A stretch of DNA of 46,071 bases. Origin: Planctomycetia bacterium. GTDB taxonomy: Bacteria; Planctomycetota; Planctomycetia; Pirellulales; UBA1268. The notes under the pieces were generated by a model. It had not been told where the DNA came from. It did not search any database and saw only the letters and a list, made by a program, of their open reading frames with translations. Position numbers and translations under genes: made by a program. How positions within the stretch are numbered: position 1 is the stretch's first letter; every line of letters begins with the position of its first letter. This document shows, piece by piece, positions 20,101 to 27,701 of this stretch. Where the stretch lies: NCBI GenBank assembly GCA_009922585.1, contig RFVE01000001.1, forward strand, positions 1 through 46,071, read 5' to 3'.

Positions 20101-20750
20101 TCAACCGAGCCGTCGGACAGCCCGAACAGATCGACCTCGCTGCCAGGGAGTTGGCTCTGTTCCACACCCGAACGCGAAGACTGCTCAACTACCCTATCGC
20201 TCTCCGCTGCCTCCGCTGACACCCAGCGGCAATCTCCGATGTCAATCTGCCCAACCGGAATCGTGACTGCCGGCAGCCCATTCGATGGCCCACCTCCACC
20301 GTCGATAGCGAACTTAACCTGCCCCAGCAGTTGACCAGCCTTATCCAGCCGAAGTTCATAGCGAACGAGATCGGCGGCTGGGAGAGGGAGTCCGGTCAAC
20401 CGGCTTCCCACCGGCGCAGTGAACTGGCGGACCGCCTCTTCGAACTCCGTCGCCGGCATCGGAACGTATTGCACGCCGGCAGGGACAACTTCCGCAAGCC
20501 GCCCCGGCGGCACTTGCACTCGGATGAATGACAAATCGCCGCTGGCATCAGGAACCGTCGGCCGCTGTTCAGCCGTCGAGGGGGCGACCCTGCTGGGATC
20601 TTCCGCCTGGCTGTCTGATCGAACCGTCACGCCCGTGATAACCACCGCCAGCATCAACCAGGCCGGCCAACTGCCGATTTCAGCACGGGCTGTCGCAGCC
20701 TTTGCTCGCAGCCATCGCCGCAACTCATGATTGCCCGTTCGTTTCACCAT
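14181..20750 (-). CDS. giant membrane-anchored envelope protein, unknown function (2189 aa, two tandem modules)
   Basis: Uninterrupted 6.57-kb ORF. It has an N-terminal anchor (WPAWLMLAVVITGVTV), a central TM cluster (residues ~1099-1170) followed by a signal-peptide-like LLLAAILLPAPAGA/EE, and a C-terminal TM cluster (~2075-2140). I recognise no catalytic or repeat signature. Confidence 0.85.
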   Translation of the reverse strand: MVKRTGNHELRRWLRAKAATARAEIGSWPAWLMLAVVITGVTVRSDSQAEDPSRVAPSTAEQRPTVPDASGDLSFIRVQVPPGRLAEVVPAGVQYVPMPATEFEEAVRQFTAPVGSRLTGLPLPAADLVRYELRLDKAGQLLGQVKFAIDGGGGPSNGLPAVTIPVGQIDIGDCRWVSAEAAESDRVVEQSSRSGVEQSQLPGSEVDLFGLSDGSVELRVPGPGTVTAAVSARPIRGLQPQVQAVPLAGGQPEFSYRLPLLPALSTTLFLDLPAGLEPRIPGFRGRSERPKPTMVAGENRRIWEFSFGPRDAVEITVAAATSPRLFLWSRAHLGRRAKELTTVIMPAGVWTSRELTFGGGARLQLTELSVQPGEGREPLSVELLSVLDGSLAIRLPVEALGRPWPLQLRAVLTAQGQKNKSNRLPGITIEDWQWAGGGLAVTVEADLQCIGVDTDGCLPISPEETSRWPLPDPGVFPVDTESGSQPPGAAFAFELQQPGSTVDVRVAPQRPELDIARVTTVELTTAAVIGRAAFDIRVRRGSVHRLDALVGDGWFIDSIEPLGQPAAEAAGSPPESLRERPAITAPRGEAVGTAGPRYEWKVVRERRGDRLILDLPTAVTTDRELRLRITGHRAAIPAGGRFSSADIEMIRMAGEVPGRSWIDLQTSSDTTLQELGGTGEAPPETLPPRLLALSEGKSWRQRIASGMLTPPRGFQLLRRRPPLDVQTQARFTVRGDRLNETYSFICTPIQGQLDAVTVHFSEPVGELEWSILAAGNATVFARRLEPIDRAGRESPASTRWPTAVSYRIEVTPPVVGVGTLRATASRPFSKEIPLPLAWVEAAVSATGEAIVQAVGQERPLVENRRLTELPPRERHSDTPLETVAELSYDMLVVGGDGPGRPAAMLVPAPVAARPVARAWVWQERTTVRCFASAAAEFETAFDIENDGRRSIQLSLPADHRLLGITVAGERMPLLAAPTGELPIYLPPGRRRLTLLVRTASNTSPQFGLWRLSTDTPTVDAPTLLREWQLLLPDTLSIAAIPRGYREVASQQSDWSNRLVGGVARAAELPRDPQQQPGVDRVFRGRRFVPNGGRYERHSFLLVDRLTLVMAAGLVALLVAGLATQIPWRWSWLLLALVTLMAVAALWVPQPLDMLLRSGLWAAVTVAILRLRGLTKPVGIGGLLLAAILLPAPAGAEEMPLRVFVTPVEEGLTALVPQPLFRLLAGVETGASRTGARLLDCRVEPQAREAWRAAGTPEVWWLNLLVESDAATVLSLDQSPTESRFSELPVRLDGGVVRASLSPDRRRLTVPLPAAGRHTVTIPLEPAWNRRGDLEVAEVRLPVSPQTSLIPPAAEIASPVGRRLACEWSRNGLVFQPATESRPSDTGQQGYRLPAARLLRLIRPVDAEGTLVSTVPEAESRNLIAWNADGCRLIAEFTIDTGQAILPTIWLQADPRLRPARNDSADLPAGVAADYQLVSVGPGVYRVDRQTPVRGEARFEIPFSMPLAGPVGVVDLPDVWLRGVRVDHREVLLATAADLDFTVRFPGSAAPPLLEDSFAGISWSVDVIETSLEAGITGPRGSGRRTSGESNSDMPTLALQRQPVVLEVTRSATPVRGRQQIEILTSSRDTRLVYEAMIDARATVWVEDRLRIPAGFEIESCELSEQPETSEAAAAGQPVDLVRTAEPSGSQRLVIQRPRPGRYLLRLEARRGRRLPVAGPVPLVSSELAAGLPYSVLWSDAAGQGSPEFFEALENPGRVAGTQQPAEAEPISGVAVEAATGVATWRIDLPVNNAAWSYRTSGPGDRPSAELRREGVGSPLPTNRPVATVRPGSFQAAVELADIEIVIDERGRLSGIGRFDLTTSRSAVGLRLPEGFRLFELLVDGREVQPAVPGREGPDDVWTITLRPSPWPREIVAVFAGEIGTEVMEGEPVLFEPPMLTGLPTKRVIWTVDHPARLSPRVAGAGRTTTTIEANRIRREAGAAIDKLLAGLTPSGTVAAERFERFRSLRQPGLSPLEAWAVVESGLPAASDDGPSVGGFLVDDSRWSRLTLLPAPEQPAITVRFVAITANESGRTAATLLVFLAGAAGWWSVTRRPGRTFAAASRWWPAVVGLGGIAWLLNREPLWPGLVVVAATAVTLGTRWLRGLEEQRRPEISPAEAETIEYRRDGPAGASSVTRTAVGQFSQPVR

Positions 20751-20767
20751 TGGCGCTCTCCCTCCTA
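20751..20767 (-). promoter_or_regulatory. translational-coupling junction: stop TAG of the 1263-aa ORF, GGAGGGAG Shine-Dalgarno, ATG of the 2189-aa ORF
   Basis: The minus strand reads TAGGAGGGAGAGCGCCAATG, with only 14 nt between the stop and the start. Confidence 0.5.
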
Positions 20768-23700
20768 TTCGGCGACGGAACGCTGGGGAGCGACCTCGGG
20801 AGCAGCTTGTGCCGAGGTGGGCTTGGTGTTGATCACGAGTGATTCATCGGGGGCGGCCCGCGTCACCGAATCGGGTCGGCGTTCATACCCCGAGAGAACC
20901 TCAGCAGCCAGCCGGGGGCCAAGCGGCCGAGCCGTCCGCCACCAGACTGAGACTCCCGCAATCGACGCCAACACAAGCCCCGGAACAGCCGCCTGCAGAA
21001 CAGTCAATGTGGCAAGTGGAACAAGTGCCATTCCGGCAATGAACGCCACCGCCAGCAGCCCGGCAAACTGACCAAGGAGCCGTTCCCGCAGCGACACCGC
21101 CAGCCCGACCAGCAGCGGGAGGCCACTGGACACGAGCACCAGCAACCATTGCGGCATCAGCATGATGCTGGCGGCGGCAGGAGCCCCCACATCGCAGTAC
21201 ACCAACCTTGCATTCATTCCTGCCGCCGGTGCCGCCACTAGCGCCTCTAATCGCTCCGCCAGCGCGTCGGAGCCAGCATTCCCGGCCAAAACCATGCCCG
21301 TGGCCTTTCGGTCTGCAGCAGCAGTCACCCAGGCTGCGAGTTCCTCTGCGGAAACCACCGGCGTCGGTCGAAAGCCTAGACTCGTCCAGCCCCAAGCCTG
21401 CTGGGCAGTCCATCCAGCAGGTCCCGCCAGCACGACGGCATCCGGCGGTGTCAACACCTCCCAGTAGACCCTCCTGTATAAGGTAGAGGCGGGGAGGCCG
21501 GATCGCTCGAGTGCAACTCTGTTCGGTAAAGAAAGCCGACCGATCGTCGGCCTGTTGGCCCGGGGCTGGCGTATTTCAATTTCAAGCAGATGGGTTCCAC
21601 CCGTGCGGTCGAGGTCGACCAGGAGACGACCGCTGGCATCATCGGCCACCTGCCACTCACCACCGTCAACCCGCACGCGGGCAGTGGTCTGCGTCATTGC
21701 CTCAGCCCCCGAGGCCAACTCCTTCGCGACCGGTAGAAACAGCGGCAGCCGACCTGCCGCTGTCGTGACAGCACATGTCCAATGATCAATCCGAAGCGTC
21801 TGGCGAATCAGCGTTTGTACCCAGGCCGCTTCCACCACAGTCTCACCGCGGACGTCCTCGCCGCGTCGGGAAATCGCCAGATCGATACGTGGCTGTTGCT
21901 GCACGGCGTTCCAGGTCCGGCCAAAGCCCTGTTGCTGCAGATCGCCCTCCCGGTTCCAGCGGTCGTCTCGCACGTCGACGTTAAAACCAACCGTCTCGGT
22001 CAGCGTGACCGATTCGCGACCGATCACCGCCGGCTGGGGCAGAAGCAGCGGCACCGAGACTGCAACGGTCGTTTCGTCTGGAATCTCCGGCAGTGGCTGA
22101 CGATAACGGATAACCAATTCCCCCATGCCGAGCAGCGGCTCGGTCAGGAGGGCCCTGATCGCCCGCTGCGGAGAAGTGGTTGTCGCTTCGCCATCGCCCG
22201 CTTCCGGCACAGCTGCCGGAGCGGCCGGTTCAGCTGGGCCAGGAAACGGCTCGGCGGCAACATCTGCGGCAACGACATCCGGCAGCAGGAGCTGGCCATT
22301 CTGCCGAATTTCGATGTCTGCCTCGTCCAGCACGGATTCGGGGACCACCCATTCGATGAACTCGAGCGGCACATTGGCCACATCCAGCCGCACCACCTGG
22401 CGGACAGCCAACGCAGTCGTCCCGATGTCGATTTGGGAGGCGACCGTGGCATCGACCTGACGATCAAGGAACCGACGGTTCGCCGCAAAAATTGCCTCAG
22501 TCGCCTCCACCCGATAAGTCATCCTGGGTACTTCACCGGCAACCTTGCCCTGCTGGACTGCGACCTGGCGGCTCATCCCTTCAATCAGCTCGTTGTCGGG
22601 AATGACTTCGATGTCACTGTCTGAGGTGATGGTGACATTCGCAGGCCCAACCAGATCGGCACGGGGCACAGGAGTCGTCCACCTGAGCAGGGTATTCACG
22701 CGATCGATCGGCCTGCTACAGCGGAGTTCAACAACTACATCTCCAGCAAGCGGCTGGAGAAAGGGCACCGAGACCTCACCCTCATCGACCGCTACCCGGG
22801 CGGTGTCAACAATGCCTGCCGGCCCGACGTCCTCAACTTCCCAGCCCGGAATCGCCAGCCGCACCCGTTCCGCCGCCACCCCGCGAATCGATGCCCGCAG
22901 TCGGATATCAACCTCAATCCGACTGCCACTGACGTGATAGCGATACTCCGGCTCGATGACCACGCGGCTCCGGCGTGGCTTCACCGTCAGGGGTAGCCGG
23001 GCCGGCTGCGAGTCGTAGGCAAAGGCTGCCACGAAGCCGGGTTGCTGCATGGCCACCGGTGGGTCAATACGTCGGTTCTCCGGCTGCGGCTCCCAGTCGA
23101 CCTGCCAGTCACCGTCGGCAATGACGCTCGTGCTGCCCCACTGCCGCCAGTCCGGAATATCGGCCACGCTGAACCCACCCACATCAAAGCTCTCCCGGCC
23201 GGCAGGATCGATCGCCCGTTCACAGGTCAATTCGACCATTGCCTTGCCCTCTCGAACATCATCGAGCCGTACCACCGCCACCGGCTGGTCCGCTGTGCCA
23301 CCCCGACGAATCAGACTTGCTGGCTGGCCAACCCGGCGCAGGACTGCCCGCGGTGGTAAAGCGATGGTAAGAGTCCGGCGATCGGCGGGCAGATTTGCGA
23401 GTTGCAGAACCGCATCGATCCGAGCCGTGCGACCGTCCACACGGACGACGCTTTCGGTTGTCACTTCGGTCAACTCAGCCGCCATCAGTGTCGCCGGTTC
23501 AGGATTTGTCAGCCGGATACGGGTCGGCCCGACCAGTCCTTCAACCGAAACCCGACTTCCGCCAGCGGCCTCCGGGCCGTCGTCCAGCGGCACCACTGCG
23601 GGGGCGAGCACTCGGGGCGCGAGGCTGACCTCGGGCTGTCGCCGCCAGGAATCGATTTCAAGCCGGGACCTGGCTGCCGCCGGCAGGGTCAGCGAGATAA

Positions 23701-24556
23701 GATCCCGGCGGTCGGTACCATCGACAGGGATCAGCCCCTCCAGGGTGATCGTCTGCCGCTCGGACTCACTCTCTGAAACTGGCGTCCCGGCTTCCCGCCC
23801 ATTCACCCAAGCCAGAAAGCCACCACTCTCGCCGCGGAAGGTCACGGGCCCGTCCGCCACTGCCGGCAGACGCTGGTCGGTGGCATCAGAGCTGGGCGTG
23901 ACTGGCGGCCTGTCGACCGTCAGGATCACTCGCCCGGCACCCGTCACCCGGGGCGGAGCTGTCAGCACCAGTTCGGAAAGCTTCAACGGCAGCATGACCC
24001 AGCCCGGGCGGGTCTGCCGGATGACCGCCTCTACTTCAGCGACAGCCGTCTGCCGATTGTCATCACGCGGTGGCATGATGACCCGCACCCGCACCTGCTC
24101 GAGGACCGCACCCGGTAGCTCCGGGAGCCCGGGTAGCCCTTCGCGAAGCCTGATCAGGTCGACAAAATCGCGGTACCGGAATCCGGGAACGGGAACCAGC
24201 CCCCCGGCATCGTCCTCTAAATAGTAAAGCTCCGGCTCAAGTTCTCGCACCCCAGCCGTCGCCGGCGGTCGCACTGGCTCCGCTGCCACGGCGACAGCCA
24301 GTGGCACCATGAGCCAAGCACAGAGCAGCCAGCCTGCCAGCAACTCGCACAGGGGCAGTCGGCAGAGCCTCCGCTGCCGGCGGGATGGGGGGCAATACAC
24401 GAGCAGTTGCCGATTTCTATGGTGTGAGAATTTTCCGATTGCGCAAACCGCTACCTCTTTGAACCTACCCCGCAGCAACCCGACCTGCCCAGCAAATTCC
24501 CCGAGGCCGGGCGGGGGCGGCTCCCGCCGCCGCGGAATGAGTCGGATGACCGGCAT
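20765..24556 (-). CDS. giant membrane-anchored envelope protein, unknown function (1263 aa, one module)
   Basis: Signal/anchor LLAGWLLCAWLMVPLAVAVAA/EP, a ~1030-aa ectodomain without recognisable motifs, and a C-terminal TM cluster (residues ~1132-1207). The true start is uncertain: the first ~55 residues are Arg/Pro-rich and may be non-coding. Confidence 0.8.
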   Translation of the reverse strand: MPVIRLIPRRREPPPPGLGEFAGQVGLLRGRFKEVAVCAIGKFSHHRNRQLLVYCPPSRRQRRLCRLPLCELLAGWLLCAWLMVPLAVAVAAEPVRPPATAGVRELEPELYYLEDDAGGLVPVPGFRYRDFVDLIRLREGLPGLPELPGAVLEQVRVRVIMPPRDDNRQTAVAEVEAVIRQTRPGWVMLPLKLSELVLTAPPRVTGAGRVILTVDRPPVTPSSDATDQRLPAVADGPVTFRGESGGFLAWVNGREAGTPVSESESERQTITLEGLIPVDGTDRRDLISLTLPAAARSRLEIDSWRRQPEVSLAPRVLAPAVVPLDDGPEAAGGSRVSVEGLVGPTRIRLTNPEPATLMAAELTEVTTESVVRVDGRTARIDAVLQLANLPADRRTLTIALPPRAVLRRVGQPASLIRRGGTADQPVAVVRLDDVREGKAMVELTCERAIDPAGRESFDVGGFSVADIPDWRQWGSTSVIADGDWQVDWEPQPENRRIDPPVAMQQPGFVAAFAYDSQPARLPLTVKPRRSRVVIEPEYRYHVSGSRIEVDIRLRASIRGVAAERVRLAIPGWEVEDVGPAGIVDTARVAVDEGEVSVPFLQPLAGDVVVELRCSRPIDRVNTLLRWTTPVPRADLVGPANVTITSDSDIEVIPDNELIEGMSRQVAVQQGKVAGEVPRMTYRVEATEAIFAANRRFLDRQVDATVASQIDIGTTALAVRQVVRLDVANVPLEFIEWVVPESVLDEADIEIRQNGQLLLPDVVAADVAAEPFPGPAEPAAPAAVPEAGDGEATTTSPQRAIRALLTEPLLGMGELVIRYRQPLPEIPDETTVAVSVPLLLPQPAVIGRESVTLTETVGFNVDVRDDRWNREGDLQQQGFGRTWNAVQQQPRIDLAISRRGEDVRGETVVEAAWVQTLIRQTLRIDHWTCAVTTAAGRLPLFLPVAKELASGAEAMTQTTARVRVDGGEWQVADDASGRLLVDLDRTGGTHLLEIEIRQPRANRPTIGRLSLPNRVALERSGLPASTLYRRVYWEVLTPPDAVVLAGPAGWTAQQAWGWTSLGFRPTPVVSAEELAAWVTAAADRKATGMVLAGNAGSDALAERLEALVAAPAAGMNARLVYCDVGAPAAASIMLMPQWLLVLVSSGLPLLVGLAVSLRERLLGQFAGLLAVAFIAGMALVPLATLTVLQAAVPGLVLASIAGVSVWWRTARPLGPRLAAEVLSGYERRPDSVTRAAPDESLVINTKPTSAQAAPEVAPQRSVAE

Positions 24557-24577
24557 GAACCGTTTTTTCGGTTTCTG

Positions 24578-25444
24578 TCAGACCGACGAGGGTTTGTCGG
24601 CAAGCGCCTCGTCCAACCCGGTGGCAACCAACCGGTTCGCGGCAGCAAGGAAGGCGGGCCGTTCCAGTGAAACCTCTTGGCGACGGGGAGTTCCGACCGG
24701 GTCGTCGGCATGGCGGCAGGGAATGACCACAGCCCCTGCCTCGCTGGCAATCAACAACCCGGCTGCAACGTCCCAGCAGGCAATTCGCCGCACCCAGAAA
24801 CCGTCGAGCCGACCAGCTGCAAGGTAGGCGAGATTGATTGCTGTCGAGCCCGTTCGTCGCACGGAATGGACCCTGGGAATGACGGCAAGAAAATCGGAGA
24901 CGGCCTGTGACTCCGCCGAAACGTGGGGAGGAAAGCTCACGGCAACGAGGGCATCGTTGAGGTCGAGAGGATCGGCGGTATGCAGTGCCATCCCGTCGAG
25001 CCTGGCGCCACCGCCCCTGATGGCAGTAAAACATTCGTCGGCGACCGGATCGTAGATCGCCCCAGCCAGCAGCCTGTCACCAACTGCTAACGCGACTGAC
25101 ACACAATAGGCTGGAAATCCATGGACGTAGTTACTGGTGCCATCGAGCGGATCGACCATCCAACGTAACGGCGGTACCTCCCGTTCGGCCTCCCCTTCTT
25201 CCCCGATGAAGCCGTGCTCGGGGAACCGGCCCAGCAGGATCTCGCGAATCGTTCGCTGGGCCGCGATATCGGCCTCGGTGACGAGATCCTTGGGGCCTTT
25301 CTTGGAAATACCGAACCGCCCACGCCAGTCCCTCAGCACCTCACCCCCTGCCCGGGCAGCAGTTTCGGCGGCATCGCCGAACTCCCTGAGTTCAGCCGCT
25401 GCGGGTTCGGTTTTGTCAGGTCCGCCGTTCGCTGCTTGTTGCAT
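24578..25444 (-). CDS. inositol monophosphatase family protein (SuhB/IMPase-like)
   Basis: FIGEEGE, WMVDPLDGTSNYVHG and WDVAAG motifs. The internal ATG at 25444 (MQQAANGG...) gives 288 aa; the track start at 25693 would overlap the divergent gene. Confidence 0.85.
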   Translation of the reverse strand: MQQAANGGPDKTEPAAAELREFGDAAETAARAGGEVLRDWRGRFGISKKGPKDLVTEADIAAQRTIREILLGRFPEHGFIGEEGEAEREVPPLRWMVDPLDGTSNYVHGFPAYCVSVALAVGDRLLAGAIYDPVADECFTAIRGGGARLDGMALHTADPLDLNDALVAVSFPPHVSAESQAVSDFLAVIPRVHSVRRTGSTAINLAYLAAGRLDGFWVRRIACWDVAAGLLIASEAGAVVIPCRHADDPVGTPRRQEVSLERPAFLAAANRLVATGLDEALADKPSSV

Positions 25445-25507
25445 GAATCTTCCTCGAGTATGCAGCGGTTTCAATCGCCGCGGCTGCATTACCCTAGATT
25501 CTACAAT

Positions 25508-26344
25508 ATGCTGCCGGATGCCATGACGCAGACCACGATCAGCAGCGGAGCAGCCACCGGGTTCACCTGGCATGCCCGCAAATCGACCGATCACTCCCGC
25601 CGCGATGCCGCCAGCAACACTGACCGGCTGAATGTTGAGATCGGTGACCTCAGCGGCTGGCTTGACCTGCACCGCCCCGAGCAGGGCATTCAACTCAGCG
25701 GGTGTAACGCCGCAGCCGAACTGCTGGCAGTGAGGCTACCCGACAGGCTTGCCAATCAATTCATCGATGGCTGGGTTCGCGGCGGCGACGCGGTCTCCAT
25801 CCACGAACCGCGGAATAGCCGCAGGCTTCGTGCCACGGCCCTGTGGCGGCTGGCGACAGGTCCGGCCGATCTCACTGTTGAACTGGTGCTGTCAGTTCAG
25901 ACCTCAGCCGTTCGCAGTGATGGAGCTATCGCTGTCGATTGCCGGTTGCCAGCGACTGAGGTCATTCCAGGCATCAGTACAGGCCAACAGCTGGAATGGC
26001 TACCGCCCATCCCCACCGCTGGCGTTACCCAACTGCCCTGGCGGCAACTCGCCAATGCTGCCGTACTCTGCCTCCTGTTTCGTCAGTCCCTTGCGGGCCG
26101 AAGTCTTGCCATCTGCGTACGGCGAGACGAGGGTCGCGAAGTCTCCTTGCAGAGGCGCACGCTGCCCGAACGCCCCGAGCCACCCAGCTTCACCCTCACG
26201 ACCTGGTTTTTCCCCACACTCATCGAGAAGGGTGTGCTGCATCGAAGCCGCCTCTCGGTCACCATCGGGAGTCCGGCAGATGATTTGGCATGGGCAGCAG
26301 CAGCAGCCCAGTCACTGGCCAGTCAGCCACCGCTTTTGCAGTAG
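25508..26344 (+). CDS. hypothetical cytoplasmic protein (278 aa)
   Basis: Coding-like third-position GC bias. No TM segment and no motif I recognise. The ATG at 25508 is chosen because the track start (25214) lies inside the divergent IMPase gene. Confidence 0.5.
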   Translation: MLPDAMTQTTISSGAATGFTWHARKSTDHSRRDAASNTDRLNVEIGDLSGWLDLHRPEQGIQLSGCNAAAELLAVRLPDRLANQFIDGWVRGGDAVSIHEPRNSRRLRATALWRLATGPADLTVELVLSVQTSAVRSDGAIAVDCRLPATEVIPGISTGQQLEWLPPIPTAGVTQLPWRQLANAAVLCLLFRQSLAGRSLAICVRRDEGREVSLQRRTLPERPEPPSFTLTTWFFPTLIEKGVLHRSRLSVTIGSPADDLAWAAAAAQSLASQPPLLQ

Positions 26345-26479
26345 CGGAAATCACGGTGACGGCGGTAGAGTCCTGAACAAGGATGGACTTAAACCGGGCA
26401 AACAGGCGAAACCTTGCCAGTAGATGCAGCCTGGTCTGGCAGCGATCGTCCCACCGCCCGAATCGCCGAGAGACTGCCC

Positions 26480-27682
26480 ATGTTTGATCTTATTTTCGCC
26501 TCTAATCCTACCATTGACTGCCCAATTGCTGAGCCGGAAGGCATCCCCGAGCCGCTCGGCCTCCGGCTCAGACAAGCACCACTGACCGCTCTGCGGCAAG
26601 CCTACCAGCTGGCCCGCGAGCATGAGGCCAGTGGCGTTGTTCTCTGCGGCAGCGTCATCAACCCGCTGCGGGCAAGTCCTGCTCAGGTGATTGCCCTTCG
26701 CCAACTCGTCCTCGAAGCAGCGGCCGACGGCTGCGACACCATTTGGGTCACGACCAATCCGACAGCCCCCCGCGAGGTACAGCGGATGCTGGGGGAACCT
26801 GCCGGTCTGAGCTTTGCCACGCCACTCAATCCCTGGACGGCGACCATTCGCTCGACCACAGTTGAACTCTGGGCAACCGCCACCCCAGCCGACGCTGAAC
26901 GTGCCGTAGCCACCGAATCGCCCGCGGCGTTGCACCGTCGGATCCTGATTGGCTGTGAGTCTGAACACGACCGGACGGCCCGCCAGACCATCCCACCAGC
27001 AGTGCTGAGCCGGCCAGACACCCTTGTGATTTGGGCCACCGCGACCGCCGGTAGCCTGCCACCCGGAGTCCTCCGCTTGCCACCCCTCCAGGCCCGAGCA
27101 CGAAATCTGCCACCTGATGAAGGCTGTCACGGGCTGCGTCTCTATCAGCCACCAACAGACAACGACGAGGCCGCCGTCCAAACGGCAGCGGCCAGCCGTC
27201 AACTTGCCAGCTGGCAGTCGCTGCCAGCTGCGGCAGTAATCTGGCGGACGATCTGCATCGAGTCTGCTGAAGGCGACCATACTCAACTTGCTGAAAGCCT
27301 CTGGCGGGCCCTTGAACCGCTGGCGCAACAACCGCCGCCAGCCACTACCGCCCCGTTGACCTTGATTGACTGCCAGGTTTCGTGCGGTACGAGCGTGGAA
27401 CGTCGGATCGAGGTCGGCGCTGCTGCTGAGGCGACGCTCCGCCTGCTGCGTGAACGCTGTCGCACGGCGACCGGAGACCTCTGGTGCGAAGCCGTTGCTG
27501 CCGACGCCGATGAGTCGCTTGCTCCCCTCGGCCACAGTCGCTCGGGGGGACGCCCCGGCGCCAGCAACTCATTCACCTCGGCACTGGCCGACATCGTGAC
27601 CGAGCGGGAAGCGACCGGCCAGGGTGTGCCGCTCGACCGGGAAGCTGCCTGGCTCGCCCTCGAACTGCTCGCGGCCGACTGA
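26480..27682 (+). CDS. YhaO/SbcD-like calcineurin-type phosphoesterase homologue with substituted metal-ligand motifs (putative pseudo-nuclease)
   Basis: 400 aa, placed immediately upstream (19-nt gap) of the Rad50-like ATPase, as in yhaO-yhaN/sbcD-sbcC pairs. By-eye alignment to the canonical motifs: LIFASNPTID vs FIHxADxHLD; VVLCGSVIN vs vvIaGDlfD; IWVTTNPT vs vyxIxGNHD; PPLQARARNLPPDEGCHGLRLY vs GNxQGRhxxExGxKGxxLV. The ATG at 26480 (MFDLIF) is preferred to the track start at 26414. Confidence 0.55.
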   Translation: MFDLIFASNPTIDCPIAEPEGIPEPLGLRLRQAPLTALRQAYQLAREHEASGVVLCGSVINPLRASPAQVIALRQLVLEAAADGCDTIWVTTNPTAPREVQRMLGEPAGLSFATPLNPWTATIRSTTVELWATATPADAERAVATESPAALHRRILIGCESEHDRTARQTIPPAVLSRPDTLVIWATATAGSLPPGVLRLPPLQARARNLPPDEGCHGLRLYQPPTDNDEAAVQTAAASRQLASWQSLPAAAVIWRTICIESAEGDHTQLAESLWRALEPLAQQPPPATTAPLTLIDCQVSCGTSVERRIEVGAAAEATLRLLRERCRTATGDLWCEAVAADADESLAPLGHSRSGGRPGASNSFTSALADIVTEREATGQGVPLDREAAWLALELLAAD

Positions 27683-27701
27683 ACTTTGTGGAGAAAAGCC
27701 A

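Noticed and set aside
24578-26344. Overlapping long versions of the divergent genes: IMPase from 25693 and the hypothetical protein from 25214.
   Set aside because: The two extensions overlap each other by ~480 nt. IMPase-family similarity begins only near the internal ATG at 25444. I trimmed both to internal ATGs, leaving a 63-bp divergent spacer.
26351-27535. 394-aa minus-strand ORF opposite the YhaO-like gene.
   Set aside because: The translation is W/G/R/C-rich nonsense. The plus-strand frame shows coding-like third-position bias, a phosphoesterase-like strand pattern and operon logic with the ATPase 19 nt downstream.
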